A stretch of 64,000 nt of DNA from an uncultured Gammaproteobacteria bacterium (GTDB lineage: Bacteria > Patescibacteriota > Microgenomatia > Levybacterales > GWA1-39-11): contig CAZHDZ010000001.1 in assembly GCA_964531275.1 (NCBI GenBank), positions 144,945 through 208,944 of the forward strand, read 5' to 3'. Positions 48,904 through 59,176 of this stretch are shown here, one piece after another (the first letter of the stretch is position 1; each line of letters begins with the position of its first letter). The translations under genes were made by a program, and so were the position numbers. The notes beneath the pieces are model-generated. The model had not been told where the DNA came from. It made no database searches and saw only the letters and a list, made by a program, of their open reading frames with translations.

Positions 48904-48905
48904 AT

Positions 48906-49460
48906 ATGGGAAAAGTCAAAAGAAGATTAAGTGCCATATTACTGGAAGCTATATGCGCTAAGCTTCGTTGTGCAGGATATGTGCCGCTACATCACTATAG
49001 AAGATTTATCTATAGACTTTTTGGTGTGCAGATAGGTAGAGGCTCTACTATACACATGTTTGCAAGTTTTTATAATCCATTTAATATAAAAATTGGCATC
49101 GACACAATTATTGGAGAATGGTCAGTTCTTGATGGGCGAGCACCTTTGGTAATAGGAAACCATGTTGATATCGCTTCAAACGTAATGATTTATAACGCGG
49201 AGCATGACATACATTCAAAAGATTTTACAAAAGCTCGAATGGAAAAAGTTATTATTGAGGATTACGTTTTTATAGGCCCCCGTGCTATTATTTTGCCTGG
49301 CGTAACAATAGGGCGTGGTAGTGTTGTTGCTGCTGGGGCAGTTGTAACTCGAAGTGTTCCACCACTGACAATTGTTGGCGGTGTACCAGCAAAGGAAATT
49401 AGCACTCGAGAAGAAGGCAGTCTAACTTATAAGCTTGGCAGGGCAGCCTGGTTCCGTTAA
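48906..49460 (+). CDS. Hexapeptide-repeat (LbH) sugar O-acetyltransferase (WbbJ/WcaF/maltose O-acetyltransferase-like)
   Basis: Hexapeptide repeats are present: IGNHVDIASNVMIYNAEHDI...IGPRAIILPGVTIGRGSVVAAGAVVTRSVPPLTIVGGVPAKEI. Confidence 0.8.
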   Translation: MGKVKRRLSAILLEAICAKLRCAGYVPLHHYRRFIYRLFGVQIGRGSTIHMFASFYNPFNIKIGIDTIIGEWSVLDGRAPLVIGNHVDIASNVMIYNAEHDIHSKDFTKARMEKVIIEDYVFIGPRAIILPGVTIGRGSVVAAGAVVTRSVPPLTIVGGVPAKEISTREEGSLTYKLGRAAWFR

Positions 49461-49464
49461 AGCT

Positions 49465-50334
49465 ATGCCCTTTTCATTTATCATTCTTACGTATAACTCC
49501 TCCTCATATATAAGAGGCATTTTAGATTCAATTTTTGATATCGCGGGAGACATAATTTCAAAAGGTCAGGCTGAGGTTCTCGTTGTTGATAACGAATCTT
49601 CTGATGATACTTTAAAAATTGCATATGAATATGGCGAAAAGATTCATATCAAACAATCAGGTGGAAATTTAGGATATGCAAAAGGAATAAACAAAGCAGT
49701 AGAGTTTGCAAAAGGAGACTTTTTGGTAATAGTTAACCCTGACGCAAAGCTTCTCGAATTTGAATACGGGAAAATACTGGACACTTTTGAAAGAGACAAA
49801 AAATTAGCTGCAGCAGGGCTTTCTATTCAAAATTTTGAAGGTATTCATGAAGAGACATGTGGAAATTTTTTTAACCCTTTTACATTCCTTTTGTATGCAA
49901 TGGGATTTGAGAAATTGGCAAAAGTGAGGTTTGCCGGACATAAGGTGCAATACGTAGATTTTGTTAGTGGTGGTTTTATTATTTTTCGAAAATCATACTT
50001 TGACGAACTTAAAGGTTATGATGAGGATTATTTCATGTATGTTGAGGATATGGATATTTGCAAGAGGATTTACAAAAAGGGGCTAAAGACAGCCTTTTTA
50101 CCATATGGCAAAATATTACATAAAGGACAAGGTAGTTCTAGCAGACAGTTTGCAATTGTAAATATCTATAAAGGATTAGTCACTTTTTACTCAAAACACT
50201 CTAACTTTTTCGGCTTGCTGTATGTAAAAATCTTGCTTAGAATAAAAGCGGTACTTATAATTTTTATAGGAACTTTCCTTGGTAAAAAGGATACTATCGG
50301 AGCGTATACGAAAGCTTTGAAGGCAATATCATGA
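49465..50334 (+). CDS. Glycosyltransferase family 2
   Basis: The sequence contains MPFSFIILTYNSSSYIRGILDSI...VLVVDNESSDDT and YFMYVEDMDICKR. The ORF track starts at 49435, but the Met at 49465 gives a canonical GT2 N-terminus and avoids overlap with the upstream gene. Confidence 0.75.
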   Translation: MPFSFIILTYNSSSYIRGILDSIFDIAGDIISKGQAEVLVVDNESSDDTLKIAYEYGEKIHIKQSGGNLGYAKGINKAVEFAKGDFLVIVNPDAKLLEFEYGKILDTFERDKKLAAAGLSIQNFEGIHEETCGNFFNPFTFLLYAMGFEKLAKVRFAGHKVQYVDFVSGGFIIFRKSYFDELKGYDEDYFMYVEDMDICKRIYKKGLKTAFLPYGKILHKGQGSSSRQFAIVNIYKGLVTFYSKHSNFFGLLYVKILLRIKAVLIIFIGTFLGKKDTIGAYTKALKAIS

Positions 50335-53300
50335 AATTAGTCAATAAGATTTTTAAGAATGCGCTTCCAATAATTACATTACTTTTATTGCTCTTTATTC
50401 CTCTTTATCCAAAGCTTCCTTTGATAGATATAAAAAATACATGGGTTTATATTAGGTTCGAGGATTTTCTTGTGCTTTTTGCTATATTTTTTTGGTTCAT
50501 TTTATTGCTTCGCCGTGAGGTTACTTTAAAGACTCCGCTTACCATACCCATCTTGGCGTTTTGGATAATAGGTGCAATTGTCACGATGCATGGGGTAGTT
50601 ATTATTTTCCCAACAATTGCCACAGTTTTTCCTAATGTTGCTCTTCTTGCGTATCTTCGGCATATAGAGTATTTGTCAGTATTTTTTATAGCTTATTCAG
50701 CAGTTAAGAATAAAAAATTCGTAATGGCTTCAATTTGGACAGTCGTAATAACACTTCTGCTCGTAACCCTATACGGTTTTGGACAGAAGTATTTGTCCTT
50801 TCCTGCTTACCTTACGATGAACGAGGAATATGCAAAAGGAATCCCTATAATAATATCCCCACTTAACAGAATATCTTCAACCTTTGCAGGCCATTACGAT
50901 CTGGCAGCATATTTAGTTCTTATTATTCCAATTCTTGCAAGTCTTATTTTCGGGTTTAAAAGTATTATGGCAAAAGCATTTCTTGCTGTTGTCGCGCTTC
51001 TAGGAGTTGTTCTCCTTTTTATGACAGTATCTCGGGTTTCATTCTTTGTGCTATTTATCGCTTTATTTTTTGTTCTGTGGTTTCAAAAGAGAAAACTTGT
51101 TTTTATATTTCTTCCTTTCATTATTATTGGAGGGCTATTTTTTGCTGTTTCAAATTCTTCGCTTATCGAGAGATTTGGAAGCACAGTAAAGGAGGTTGAT
51201 GTATTAGTCGATGCTCAATCTGGAGCTCCAATAGGACACGTAGAGCTTCAACCACGTAAATATTTTGCCGATAAGACTATCCTTGACGAAAAAATAGAGG
51301 CGACCCCTTCGGGTTTTTTAAGACGTGGACGCATAAAGCTTGAGCCAGATGTTCCGCCACAGCTTTCAAAGTATGCAATTCCGAGAAAAATTGGAATTGT
51401 TCAGGCGAAAATAACTTCGACAGGCGAGACTCTGCCTCAAGGAAGTAGCTATATCAATTTGTCGTTGTCTCCTGTTACCGGTAGAATTAATAGTTTTTTC
51501 TATGAATATCCTCCCAATGAAGCGACTAGCCAGGCACAGCTTCGAATTGTCCCCGGAGACTATTTAGTTAAAAGAGCTTCAGCATATGACCTATCATTCA
51601 CTACAAGATTCCAGGGGGAGTGGCCCCATGCGCTCATGGCTTTTGGAAGGAATATACTTTTCGGAAGTGGATATGGTTCCGTTAGTCTTGCCGTTGATAA
51701 CAACTACTATAGAATGCTTGGAGAGACTGGATTATTGGGAACAACCGCATTTCTTGTGCTGTTTGTAATAACAGGAATCTATATAAGAAAGATGCTTCCT
51801 ACGACGGAGTCTCGTGTAATACGGAGCTTTGCCATGGGTTTTGGCGCTGGTTTGATCGGTCTTTCTCTCAATGCAGTGCTTATAGATGTGTTTGAAGCTT
51901 CCAAGGTAGCTTTTGTTCTTTGGTTGCTAACAGGATTAGTGATAGGAGCCTTATCTCTCAATCAGTCTCGGCATTTCAATACATACAAAGAGCTTTTAAA
52001 AGCTGCATACTCTCCTGCCGCTTTTATTGTTTATTTTCTTCTTCTTACGGTTACTATATTTTCTACGACTTTGGTTACTTATTTTAGTGGTGACGACTTC
52101 ACCTGGTTCAGATGGGCTGCTGATTGCAAATTAGGAAACGACTGTGCAAGTATGCTCTCAACAGTAGCTCATTATTTCCTCAATTCTGATGGCTTTTTCT
52201 ACAGACCCGGAACAAAGACGTACTTCCTACTCATGTACCCTTTGTTTTGGCTAAATCAAGTTATGTACCATTTTGTATCTGTCGCCCTCCATTTTGTCGT
52301 AGTAATCCTGCTATATCAACTTGCAAGAAAGATATTTAAGAACGAAATATTGGCAGCTGGTAGTGCTTTTTTATTCCTCATATTAAGTAGTTATCTTGAA
52401 GTAGTTCTTTGGGTTGCAGGTACAGGCCATCTATTCAATGCTGTTTTCATTTTGGCAAGCCTGCTGCTTTTTATTAAATGGGATGAGTCAAAGAACAAAT
52501 TTTATCTTGTTGGAAGTCTTGCGGCAGCGCTTTTATCTGTTGCTTTCCATGAGCTTGGAATAATAACTCCGTTCCTTGCAATTGCATATAAAATTTCTAT
52601 TGCACCAATTGGACTTAAATCATGGCTCAGCCTTGTAAGGGATAAAATATATCTGCTGTTATTTACTCCAGTCATTTTATACCTTCTGATAAGGTACTTT
52701 TCGCATACACATTGGTTCAATGGAGACTACTCTTACAATATCTGGAAATTTCCATTCAATGCTATTGGTAATTCATTTGGATACGCACTCATATCAGCAT
52801 TTGGTCCACTTACTTATCCTGTGTACGAAAAAGTAAGGGATATTCTAAAAACAAATATTCCATTTGCATTAATTTTTGGAATTACAATTATTGCAGTCTT
52901 ATATTTAGTAACACGGTTTGTTTCAAAGCGACTTGATACGCAATCAAAGAAGGTTATTATATTTGCAATTTTGTTTTTCGTAGTATGTCTTATTCCATTT
53001 CTAGGACTTGGGAATATCACATTCAGATATTCATATCTTGCATCTTTCGGAATAGTTATGATACTTATGCTTTGCGTTAATAAGTTATATCAATACTTAT
53101 TTTCTTATGGTCGAGACATAGCGCTTTTTGTAGTAATAGTGATATTTTCAGTATTTAGCTTGGTTCACATAATTCAGGCACAGCAAACAATGATTGAATG
53201 GCGTGGCGCTGGAGGTAGAGTTGAGAAATTTTTAAATTCACTAGACTCCTTATATGAAGATTCATGGTCTCATAATAAAGTTGACTTATACTTTACAAAT

Positions 53301-53516
53301 GTGCCGCTTAAAAACGGAAATGCATGGATTTTTCCAGTGGGACTTGATGATTCTGTTTGGTTTGCTTTTAAAAATAACAATATCGTAACGCACCAGGTTG
53401 CGACCTCTGCTGAGATTCCAAAAGCAATATTTCAGACTCCAACAAGTTGGGTATTCGAGTTTCAGGAGGATGGTAGTCTTAGGAGAGTTTATTTGGAGGA
53501 AAAGCAAAATGATTAA
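50331..53516 (+). CDS. Fusion membrane protein: an N-terminal O-antigen ligase/polymerase-like (Wzy_C) module plus a C-terminal GT-C-like polytopic module
   Basis: 1061 aa. Residues 1-540 are polytopic with a periplasmic loop. The segment ...HALMAFGRNILFGSGYGSVSLAVDNNYYRMLGETGLLG... is typical of the Wzy_C family. Residues 560-1061 form a second set of about 10 TM helices with loop YFSGDDFTWFRWAAD. Confidence 0.6.
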   Translation: MKLVNKIFKNALPIITLLLLLFIPLYPKLPLIDIKNTWVYIRFEDFLVLFAIFFWFILLLRREVTLKTPLTIPILAFWIIGAIVTMHGVVIIFPTIATVFPNVALLAYLRHIEYLSVFFIAYSAVKNKKFVMASIWTVVITLLLVTLYGFGQKYLSFPAYLTMNEEYAKGIPIIISPLNRISSTFAGHYDLAAYLVLIIPILASLIFGFKSIMAKAFLAVVALLGVVLLFMTVSRVSFFVLFIALFFVLWFQKRKLVFIFLPFIIIGGLFFAVSNSSLIERFGSTVKEVDVLVDAQSGAPIGHVELQPRKYFADKTILDEKIEATPSGFLRRGRIKLEPDVPPQLSKYAIPRKIGIVQAKITSTGETLPQGSSYINLSLSPVTGRINSFFYEYPPNEATSQAQLRIVPGDYLVKRASAYDLSFTTRFQGEWPHALMAFGRNILFGSGYGSVSLAVDNNYYRMLGETGLLGTTAFLVLFVITGIYIRKMLPTTESRVIRSFAMGFGAGLIGLSLNAVLIDVFEASKVAFVLWLLTGLVIGALSLNQSRHFNTYKELLKAAYSPAAFIVYFLLLTVTIFSTTLVTYFSGDDFTWFRWAADCKLGNDCASMLSTVAHYFLNSDGFFYRPGTKTYFLLMYPLFWLNQVMYHFVSVALHFVVVILLYQLARKIFKNEILAAGSAFLFLILSSYLEVVLWVAGTGHLFNAVFILASLLLFIKWDESKNKFYLVGSLAAALLSVAFHELGIITPFLAIAYKISIAPIGLKSWLSLVRDKIYLLLFTPVILYLLIRYFSHTHWFNGDYSYNIWKFPFNAIGNSFGYALISAFGPLTYPVYEKVRDILKTNIPFALIFGITIIAVLYLVTRFVSKRLDTQSKKVIIFAILFFVVCLIPFLGLGNITFRYSYLASFGIVMILMLCVNKLYQYLFSYGRDIALFVVIVIFSVFSLVHIIQAQQTMIEWRGAGGRVEKFLNSLDSLYEDSWSHNKVDLYFTNVPLKNGNAWIFPVGLDDSVWFAFKNNNIVTHQVATSAEIPKAIFQTPTSWVFEFQEDGSLRRVYLEEKQND

Positions 53517-54981
53517 GAAAATTTCAGAGTCTAAATGGATAATAATAATGTTTTTAGTTCTGTTTACTTTTCTAGGTTTTATTTTTCGTCTATACAAATT
53601 AGACAACCCAATAGCGGATTGGCACTCGTGGAGGCAAGCAGATACAGCAGCAGTCTCAAGAAACTTTATTAAAGATGGATTTAACCCTCTTTATCCTCAA
53701 TATGATGCTTTAAATCCGCTCAATGAAATCGGACATAATCCACAAAGATACTTCTTTGCGGAATTTCCCCTATATAACATAATCACTTACTATGCGTATC
53801 TTAATTTTGGAATTGATGAACGTTATGCACGAGCAATAAGCGCAATCTTTGCATCACTCACGATCCCTGTGCTTTATCTATTGGCCTCTCGTTATTCTAA
53901 TAAACGTGTTGCCCTGGCATCTTCCTTTTTCTTTGCCGTGCTTCCTTATAACGTATATTACGGTAGGGTGATTATGGCAGATCCGTTATATATATTCTTT
54001 GGTGTATCTGCATTGTATCTTGCTTCAAAATGGATTGAGAAAAATAACATTTTTTTCATGGTACTCGCAAGTATTTCTTTTGCACTCGCCATTCTTACAA
54101 AACCCTACGCTTTAGTTCTTCTTCTTCCTCTTGCATACCTAATTATTAGAAGATGGAAGCTGAAGGCGATTACCACATGGACGATCTACATATATCTTGC
54201 GATTGCAATTATTCCTTTTCTTCTGTGGAGACATCACATCAATCAGTACCCGGAAGGCATGTTTGGTACTGAGTGGTTGTATAACCAGGGTAACATTCGT
54301 TTTACCGGTGCTTATTTTAGGTGGCTTATTTTTGAGCGTATGAACAAACTTATATTTGCAACTGGAGGGTTTGTATTGGTTTTTCTGGGAATAGTAAGAT
54401 CAACATCAAAGAAAGAAGGGTATTTTTATCTTTTATGGCTTGCTGCAATTTTAGGGTTTTTTGTCGTAATTGCACGAGGAAATGTAACACACGATTACTA
54501 TCAATTGCCTATCGTACCCATAGGATGCATTCTTATGGCATTGGGTTTCGATTACCTCATAACTCATGGACAGAGCTATGTTAATAGAGCCTTAAATATA
54601 GGTATTGCCTTGTCTTTGGTTGTACTTATGCTTGCCTTCGGCTGGTATGAGGTGAGGGGCTATTACAACATAAATCATCCAGAAATAGTTGAAGCTGGAA
54701 AGGCGGTAGACCGGTTATTGCCAAAAGACGCTATTGTTATTGCTCCCTACGATAATGATTCCGCATTTTTATACCAAACAAATAGGCATGGCTATACATT
54801 CGGAGGAGATAAGGTTGAGAAATACATGCTTGAAGGTGCTACTCATTTAGTTTCGGTTAATTTTGACGATGTAACGAATTTTTGGATGCAAAAATGCGAT
54901 ATAGTTGAAAAAACATCCTCATATGTCATTGTCGATCTTAGACTTTGCAAGCAAGATGGAAAGGTATTGTCCTCACTATGA
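53509..54981 (+). CDS. ArnT/PMT-like GT-C membrane glycosyltransferase
   Basis: The ORF track starts at 53398, which would overlap the upstream gene by 119 nt. The ATG at 53509 (MIKKISESKW...) overlaps the upstream stop in an ATGATTAA arrangement. The loop reads DWHSWRQADTAAVSRNFIKDGFNPLYPQYD. Confidence 0.65.
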   Translation: MIKKISESKWIIIMFLVLFTFLGFIFRLYKLDNPIADWHSWRQADTAAVSRNFIKDGFNPLYPQYDALNPLNEIGHNPQRYFFAEFPLYNIITYYAYLNFGIDERYARAISAIFASLTIPVLYLLASRYSNKRVALASSFFFAVLPYNVYYGRVIMADPLYIFFGVSALYLASKWIEKNNIFFMVLASISFALAILTKPYALVLLLPLAYLIIRRWKLKAITTWTIYIYLAIAIIPFLLWRHHINQYPEGMFGTEWLYNQGNIRFTGAYFRWLIFERMNKLIFATGGFVLVFLGIVRSTSKKEGYFYLLWLAAILGFFVVIARGNVTHDYYQLPIVPIGCILMALGFDYLITHGQSYVNRALNIGIALSLVVLMLAFGWYEVRGYYNINHPEIVEAGKAVDRLLPKDAIVIAPYDNDSAFLYQTNRHGYTFGGDKVEKYMLEGATHLVSVNFDDVTNFWMQKCDIVEKTSSYVIVDLRLCKQDGKVLSSL

Positions 54982-56150
54982 ACGTTTTGTTTGTAACATA
55001 TGATTTTCCTTATCCAACTAATTCAGGTGGAAAAAATAGAGCTTACCATCTAATAAAGCATACGGCATCAAAAGCTAATATTTTCCTTTTTTCTTTTGTT
55101 CGTGATGACTATAATCCTGAGCATAATGAAGAGCTGATAAAAATTGGAATAAAGGGAATAAAGGTTGTTAAGAGAAAAAAACTGTCTTCATTTTCAAATT
55201 TTCCTAAAACCCTCCTACATAATTCCTCAATATTTAAAACTTTGTATTTCAGTAAAGATATTTTGCAGGATATTGAGGATTTTATTAAAAAAGAAAAAAT
55301 TGATGTTGTCCACTTCGAATCTTCCTATACGGGCTACTACATAGGTAAAGAATTAAAAAAGCTAGGCGTAAGGCAAGTACTAGGCACCGAAAATATTGAG
55401 TTTAGGCTTTATTTTGACTACGCAAAATCCTTTAAAAAACCAATAGTAAGACCATTTATTTCTTACCAGGCAAACAGATTAAAAAATGAGGAATTGGGGA
55501 TGGTGGTTGGAGCAGACTCTGTCACAACAATAACTCAGGAGGAGGCAGACTTCTTAAAGGTTTTGACAAAAGTTACATCTTCAGTAGTTGCAAACGGAAT
55601 CGAGCCTTCCACATATTCTTATAAGTATGATAGATCAATTAAAAAAAACATTCTTTTTGTTGGGAATTTTAGTTATTTTCCAAATGTCGAAGCTGTTGAG
55701 TTTTTCTACAATGAAGCGTTCCCTAAATTGAGAGATGATATTACGCTTACTATTATTGGAAAAAATTGTAAAGACAAATTCCATTTTGAGGATAAACGCA
55801 TTATTATGAAAGATTTTGTAGAAGATATAATTACAGAATATAGAAATGCAGACGCCTTAGTATTTCCAATTCGCATTGGAGGAGGTACAAATTTTAAAGT
55901 TCTTGAGGCAATGTCTTTGGGGGTACCAATAATTGCTCAACCGGAGCGACTTTCGGGATTACGAGCAGTGCCCGGCGAACACTTTCTCAGCGCTATAACC
56001 GGTCAAGAATATGCTGAACAAATTAATGTACTATATGCGGATGGGAAATTAAGAGAGAAATTAGCGGTTAATGCAAGAACGTTAATAGATAAATATTATT
56101 CATGGGAAAAAATTGGCCAAAGCCTTCTTAACGTATGGACATCTCAATAA
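54978..56150 (+). CDS. Glycosyltransferase family 4
   Basis: The protein begins MNVLFVTYDFPYPTNSGGKNRAYHLIKH, and the C-terminal part reads FPIRIGGGTNFKVLEAMSLGVPIIAQP. The start at 54978 gives an ATGA overlap. The ORF track begins at 54945. Confidence 0.8.
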   Translation: MNVLFVTYDFPYPTNSGGKNRAYHLIKHTASKANIFLFSFVRDDYNPEHNEELIKIGIKGIKVVKRKKLSSFSNFPKTLLHNSSIFKTLYFSKDILQDIEDFIKKEKIDVVHFESSYTGYYIGKELKKLGVRQVLGTENIEFRLYFDYAKSFKKPIVRPFISYQANRLKNEELGMVVGADSVTTITQEEADFLKVLTKVTSSVVANGIEPSTYSYKYDRSIKKNILFVGNFSYFPNVEAVEFFYNEAFPKLRDDITLTIIGKNCKDKFHFEDKRIIMKDFVEDIITEYRNADALVFPIRIGGGTNFKVLEAMSLGVPIIAQPERLSGLRAVPGEHFLSAITGQEYAEQINVLYADGKLREKLAVNARTLIDKYYSWEKIGQSLLNVWTSQ

Positions 56151-57013
56151 TCATAGTTGCGTATAATTCAGAGCAAACAATCAGAGATTGCATAGATTCT
56201 GTTATTGGGACCGTAAAAAAACACAGCTTTGAAATACTAATATCGGATAATAGCCGGAACAATAATACAAAGGAATTAGTGGAAGGACATTACGGAAAAA
56301 ATGTCATTTATTTTCAAAATGAAGACAATCTAGGCTTTTCAAAAGGAAATAATAGGGCAGTTGTGAAATCAAAAGGAACGTATGTCCTTTTCTTAAACCC
56401 TGATACAAAGGCATACGCAGGAACTATTGATGGAATGCTGGATTTTATGCAGCAAAATCCTAAGTGTGGAATATCTACCTGTTTTGTCGAATTGCCAGAT
56501 GGATCTTTGGACGACTCCTCTCACCGAGGATTCCCGACGCCCTGGAGAGCACTTATGCACTTTACCGGTATGTCAAAAGTTTTTCCTGCGAGCAAGTTGT
56601 TTGGGGGATATAACTTAACATATCTTGATATAACAAAAACGCACGAAATTGAGGCAGCAGCCGGATCTTTTATGCTCGTTCCGCGTACAGTAGGAGATGA
56701 AATTGGTTGGTGGGATGAAGATTATTTTTTCTATGGTGAGGATATAGATTTTTGTTATACCGTCAAAAATCGAGGTTATGCAGTGTATTTTGTCCCTGAG
56801 TTTAGAGCTTTGCACATGAAAGGAATTTCTAGCGGGATTAAGAAAGTTTCACAAAATGTAACAAAGGCAAGTGCGGAGACCAGAAAATTTGCTACACATC
56901 ATAGATTTAGGGCAATGGAAATTTTTTACGACAAACACTACAAAGATAAATATCCATTTCTTGTAACCCTTCTCGTGAAGGCTGGGATAAAATTTAAAAG
57001 AAAGATTGCATAG
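56135..57013 (+). CDS. Glycosyltransferase family 2
   Basis: The sequence contains MDISIIIVAYNSEQTIRDCIDSV...ILISDNSRNN, NPDTK and YGEDIDFCY. Confidence 0.8.
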   Translation: MDISIIIVAYNSEQTIRDCIDSVIGTVKKHSFEILISDNSRNNNTKELVEGHYGKNVIYFQNEDNLGFSKGNNRAVVKSKGTYVLFLNPDTKAYAGTIDGMLDFMQQNPKCGISTCFVELPDGSLDDSSHRGFPTPWRALMHFTGMSKVFPASKLFGGYNLTYLDITKTHEIEAAAGSFMLVPRTVGDEIGWWDEDYFFYGEDIDFCYTVKNRGYAVYFVPEFRALHMKGISSGIKKVSQNVTKASAETRKFATHHRFRAMEIFYDKHYKDKYPFLVTLLVKAGIKFKRKIA

Positions 57014-57015
57014 TT

Positions 57016-58113
57016 ATGGCAAAAAAGATTGGTATAGATGGAAGGCTTTGGAATGAAAGTGGCGTTGGTCGCTACATACGTAATTTAGTTTTGGGGATTG
57101 ATGCAGCCAAGACAGAAGACTCCTATTTTATCTTCTTAACTCAGGAGACATATGGCAAAGTTATGTTCAAGAACCCTAAATTTACAAAGGTTTTATCAAA
57201 TTCTCGCTGGCATACTGTTTCAGAACAATGGAAATTTAAGGAGGAAATAGAAAGGGAGAATCTGGACCTAATGCATTTTACTTATTTTTCCTATCCTATT
57301 CTTTACAACAGACCATTTGTTATTACTATTCACGATTTGATAATTGACCATTTTCCGACTGGGGTCGCAAGTTCCCTGCCTGCACCAATTTATAAGCTAA
57401 AGCACTTCGGATACAAAAGAATAGTTGCTTCTTCGGTAAATAATGCCAAAAAAATTATTGTTCCATCTGTTGCAACAAAAGACGAGCTCATTGATCATTA
57501 CAAGGCAAAGCCTTCAAAGATTGAAGTTATATATGAAGGGTTTGATGCAGCCATTTCTGGCGGAAAAGGTGGAAAGCTTGTAACCAACAAGGATTTTATT
57601 TTATATGTTGGTAATGCGTATCCTCATAAAAACTTGTCTGTGCTCTTTAAAGCGTTTTCCAAATTAAGAAAAAACTATGATCAGATTGAGCTTGTGTGTA
57701 TCGGTCGTAAAGACTTTTTCTATGACAGAATTCAAAGTGAGGCACCAGAGGGTATTCATTTTCTGAACAATGTTGATGATGCTGCACTTTTCGACTATTA
57801 TAAGAGCGCAAGTCTCTTTGTGATGCCAAGTCTTATGGAAGGATTTGGATTGCCCCTTCTTGAAGCTATGAGTCTTTCGCTTCCTGTTATTAGTTCTGAT
57901 ACTCCTGCTCTAAGAGAAATTGGTGGGGATGCTGTCCTCTATTTTCACCCACATGATTCAGATGAGTTGGAAGAAAAGATAACTATTTTGCTTAGTGATA
58001 AGAAGCTTAGCGCAAAATTAATAGAAAATGGGCAAATGCGATCCCGCAAATTTTTGTGGCAAGAGGCAGTCAGCAAGACAATAAAAGTATATGAAAGTTG
58101 CAATAGTGTATGA
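57016..58113 (+). CDS. Glycosyltransferase family 4
   Basis: The sequence contains MAKKIGIDGRLWNESGVGRYIRNL and PSLMEGFGLPLLEAMSLSLPVISSDTPALREIGGDA. Confidence 0.8.
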   Translation: MAKKIGIDGRLWNESGVGRYIRNLVLGIDAAKTEDSYFIFLTQETYGKVMFKNPKFTKVLSNSRWHTVSEQWKFKEEIERENLDLMHFTYFSYPILYNRPFVITIHDLIIDHFPTGVASSLPAPIYKLKHFGYKRIVASSVNNAKKIIVPSVATKDELIDHYKAKPSKIEVIYEGFDAAISGGKGGKLVTNKDFILYVGNAYPHKNLSVLFKAFSKLRKNYDQIELVCIGRKDFFYDRIQSEAPEGIHFLNNVDDAALFDYYKSASLFVMPSLMEGFGLPLLEAMSLSLPVISSDTPALREIGGDAVLYFHPHDSDELEEKITILLSDKKLSAKLIENGQMRSRKFLWQEAVSKTIKVYESCNSV

Positions 58114-59176
58114 CAGGGTTAATAAGATAGGTGGAGCCGAGAGGGTTCTTGAATCTATAAAAGATCTTTTTCCTGATTCAGTGCTTTTTACCTCAGTTTT
58201 TGATAGTAAAAGAGCGCCTTGGTCGAAAAAATTCACTATCAAAACTTCATTTCTACAGCGCCTTCCTTTCCTGAAAAACCACCACGAATTAATACCATAT
58301 CTTATGCCTATGGCATTTGAATCATTCAGATTCGATGAATTTGAATTAGTTCTATCTGTGACTAGTGAAGCATCAAAAGGTGTGATTGTTCCTCCAAATG
58401 TCAACCATGTTTGCATTTGTCTAACACCAACGAGGTATTTATGGAGTGGATATGATGAGTATTTTAAAAATTCAGTGCTACGTTTTTTAGCGAAGCCTGC
58501 AATTTGGTATTTAAAAAAATGGGATATTCTTGCTTCAAAAAGGCCTGATGATATCATTGCTATATCAAAAACCGTCCAAGATCGAATTAGTAAATATTAC
58601 AAGAGAGATAGTGAAATAATCTACCCACCTTCTGATAGATTATTCAGAGACAAACATAAAGTTATTGCAATAGATGAAAAAAATTACTTTTTGGTGGTTT
58701 CTCGCTTAGTGGATTATAAAAGAGTTGATTTGGCAGTTCGTGCATGCACCAAGTTAAAATTGCCACTTGTAGTTGTAGGTGAAGGCTCAGAAATGGAACG
58801 ACTGGAGGCAATAGCCGGAGATACGATTGTATTTAAGGGAAAGGTTGACGAAGAGAATCTTATCTCCTACTACAATAATTGTCGTGCACTAATATTCCCT
58901 GGTATAGAGGATTTTGGAATAACCATGGTCGAGGTGCAATTGGCAGGAAAACCTGTTATCGCACTTAAAAAGGGTGGAGCAAGTGAAATTGTTATTGAAG
59001 GTAAAACAGGCACCTTTTTTACAAAGCAAAACGTGCAAGCTCTATGTGATGTCTTGATAAATTTTGACGACAATCGTTATAATGGGAAGGAATGTCAAAA
59101 GAATGCTAGGCGTTTTTCTGAACAAAAGTTCAGAACGAGCCTTCTTTCATTTTTAAAGAGACACAAATATATATGA
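58091..59176 (+). CDS. Glycosyltransferase family 4
   Basis: The sequence contains MKVAIVYDRVNKIGGAERVLE and FPGIEDFGITMVEVQLAGKPVIALKKGGASEIV. Confidence 0.8.
   Translation: MKVAIVYDRVNKIGGAERVLESIKDLFPDSVLFTSVFDSKRAPWSKKFTIKTSFLQRLPFLKNHHELIPYLMPMAFESFRFDEFELVLSVTSEASKGVIVPPNVNHVCICLTPTRYLWSGYDEYFKNSVLRFLAKPAIWYLKKWDILASKRPDDIIAISKTVQDRISKYYKRDSEIIYPPSDRLFRDKHKVIAIDEKNYFLVVSRLVDYKRVDLAVRACTKLKLPLVVVGEGSEMERLEAIAGDTIVFKGKVDEENLISYYNNCRALIFPGIEDFGITMVEVQLAGKPVIALKKGGASEIVIEGKTGTFFTKQNVQALCDVLINFDDNRYNGKECQKNARRFSEQKFRTSLLSFLKRHKYI

Noticed and set aside
53398-53508. Upstream extension of the ArnT-like gene as given in the ORF track (start 53398)
   Set aside because: It would overlap the preceding 1061-aa gene by 119 nt in another frame. 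The internal Met at 53509 gives the ATGATTAA stop/start overlap that matches the coupling pattern seen throughout the locus.
58018-58557. 179-aa minus-strand ORF overlapping two GT4 genes
   Set aside because: It is antisense to two clearly homologous GT4 coding sequences and has no recognisable domain. It is a shadow ORF.
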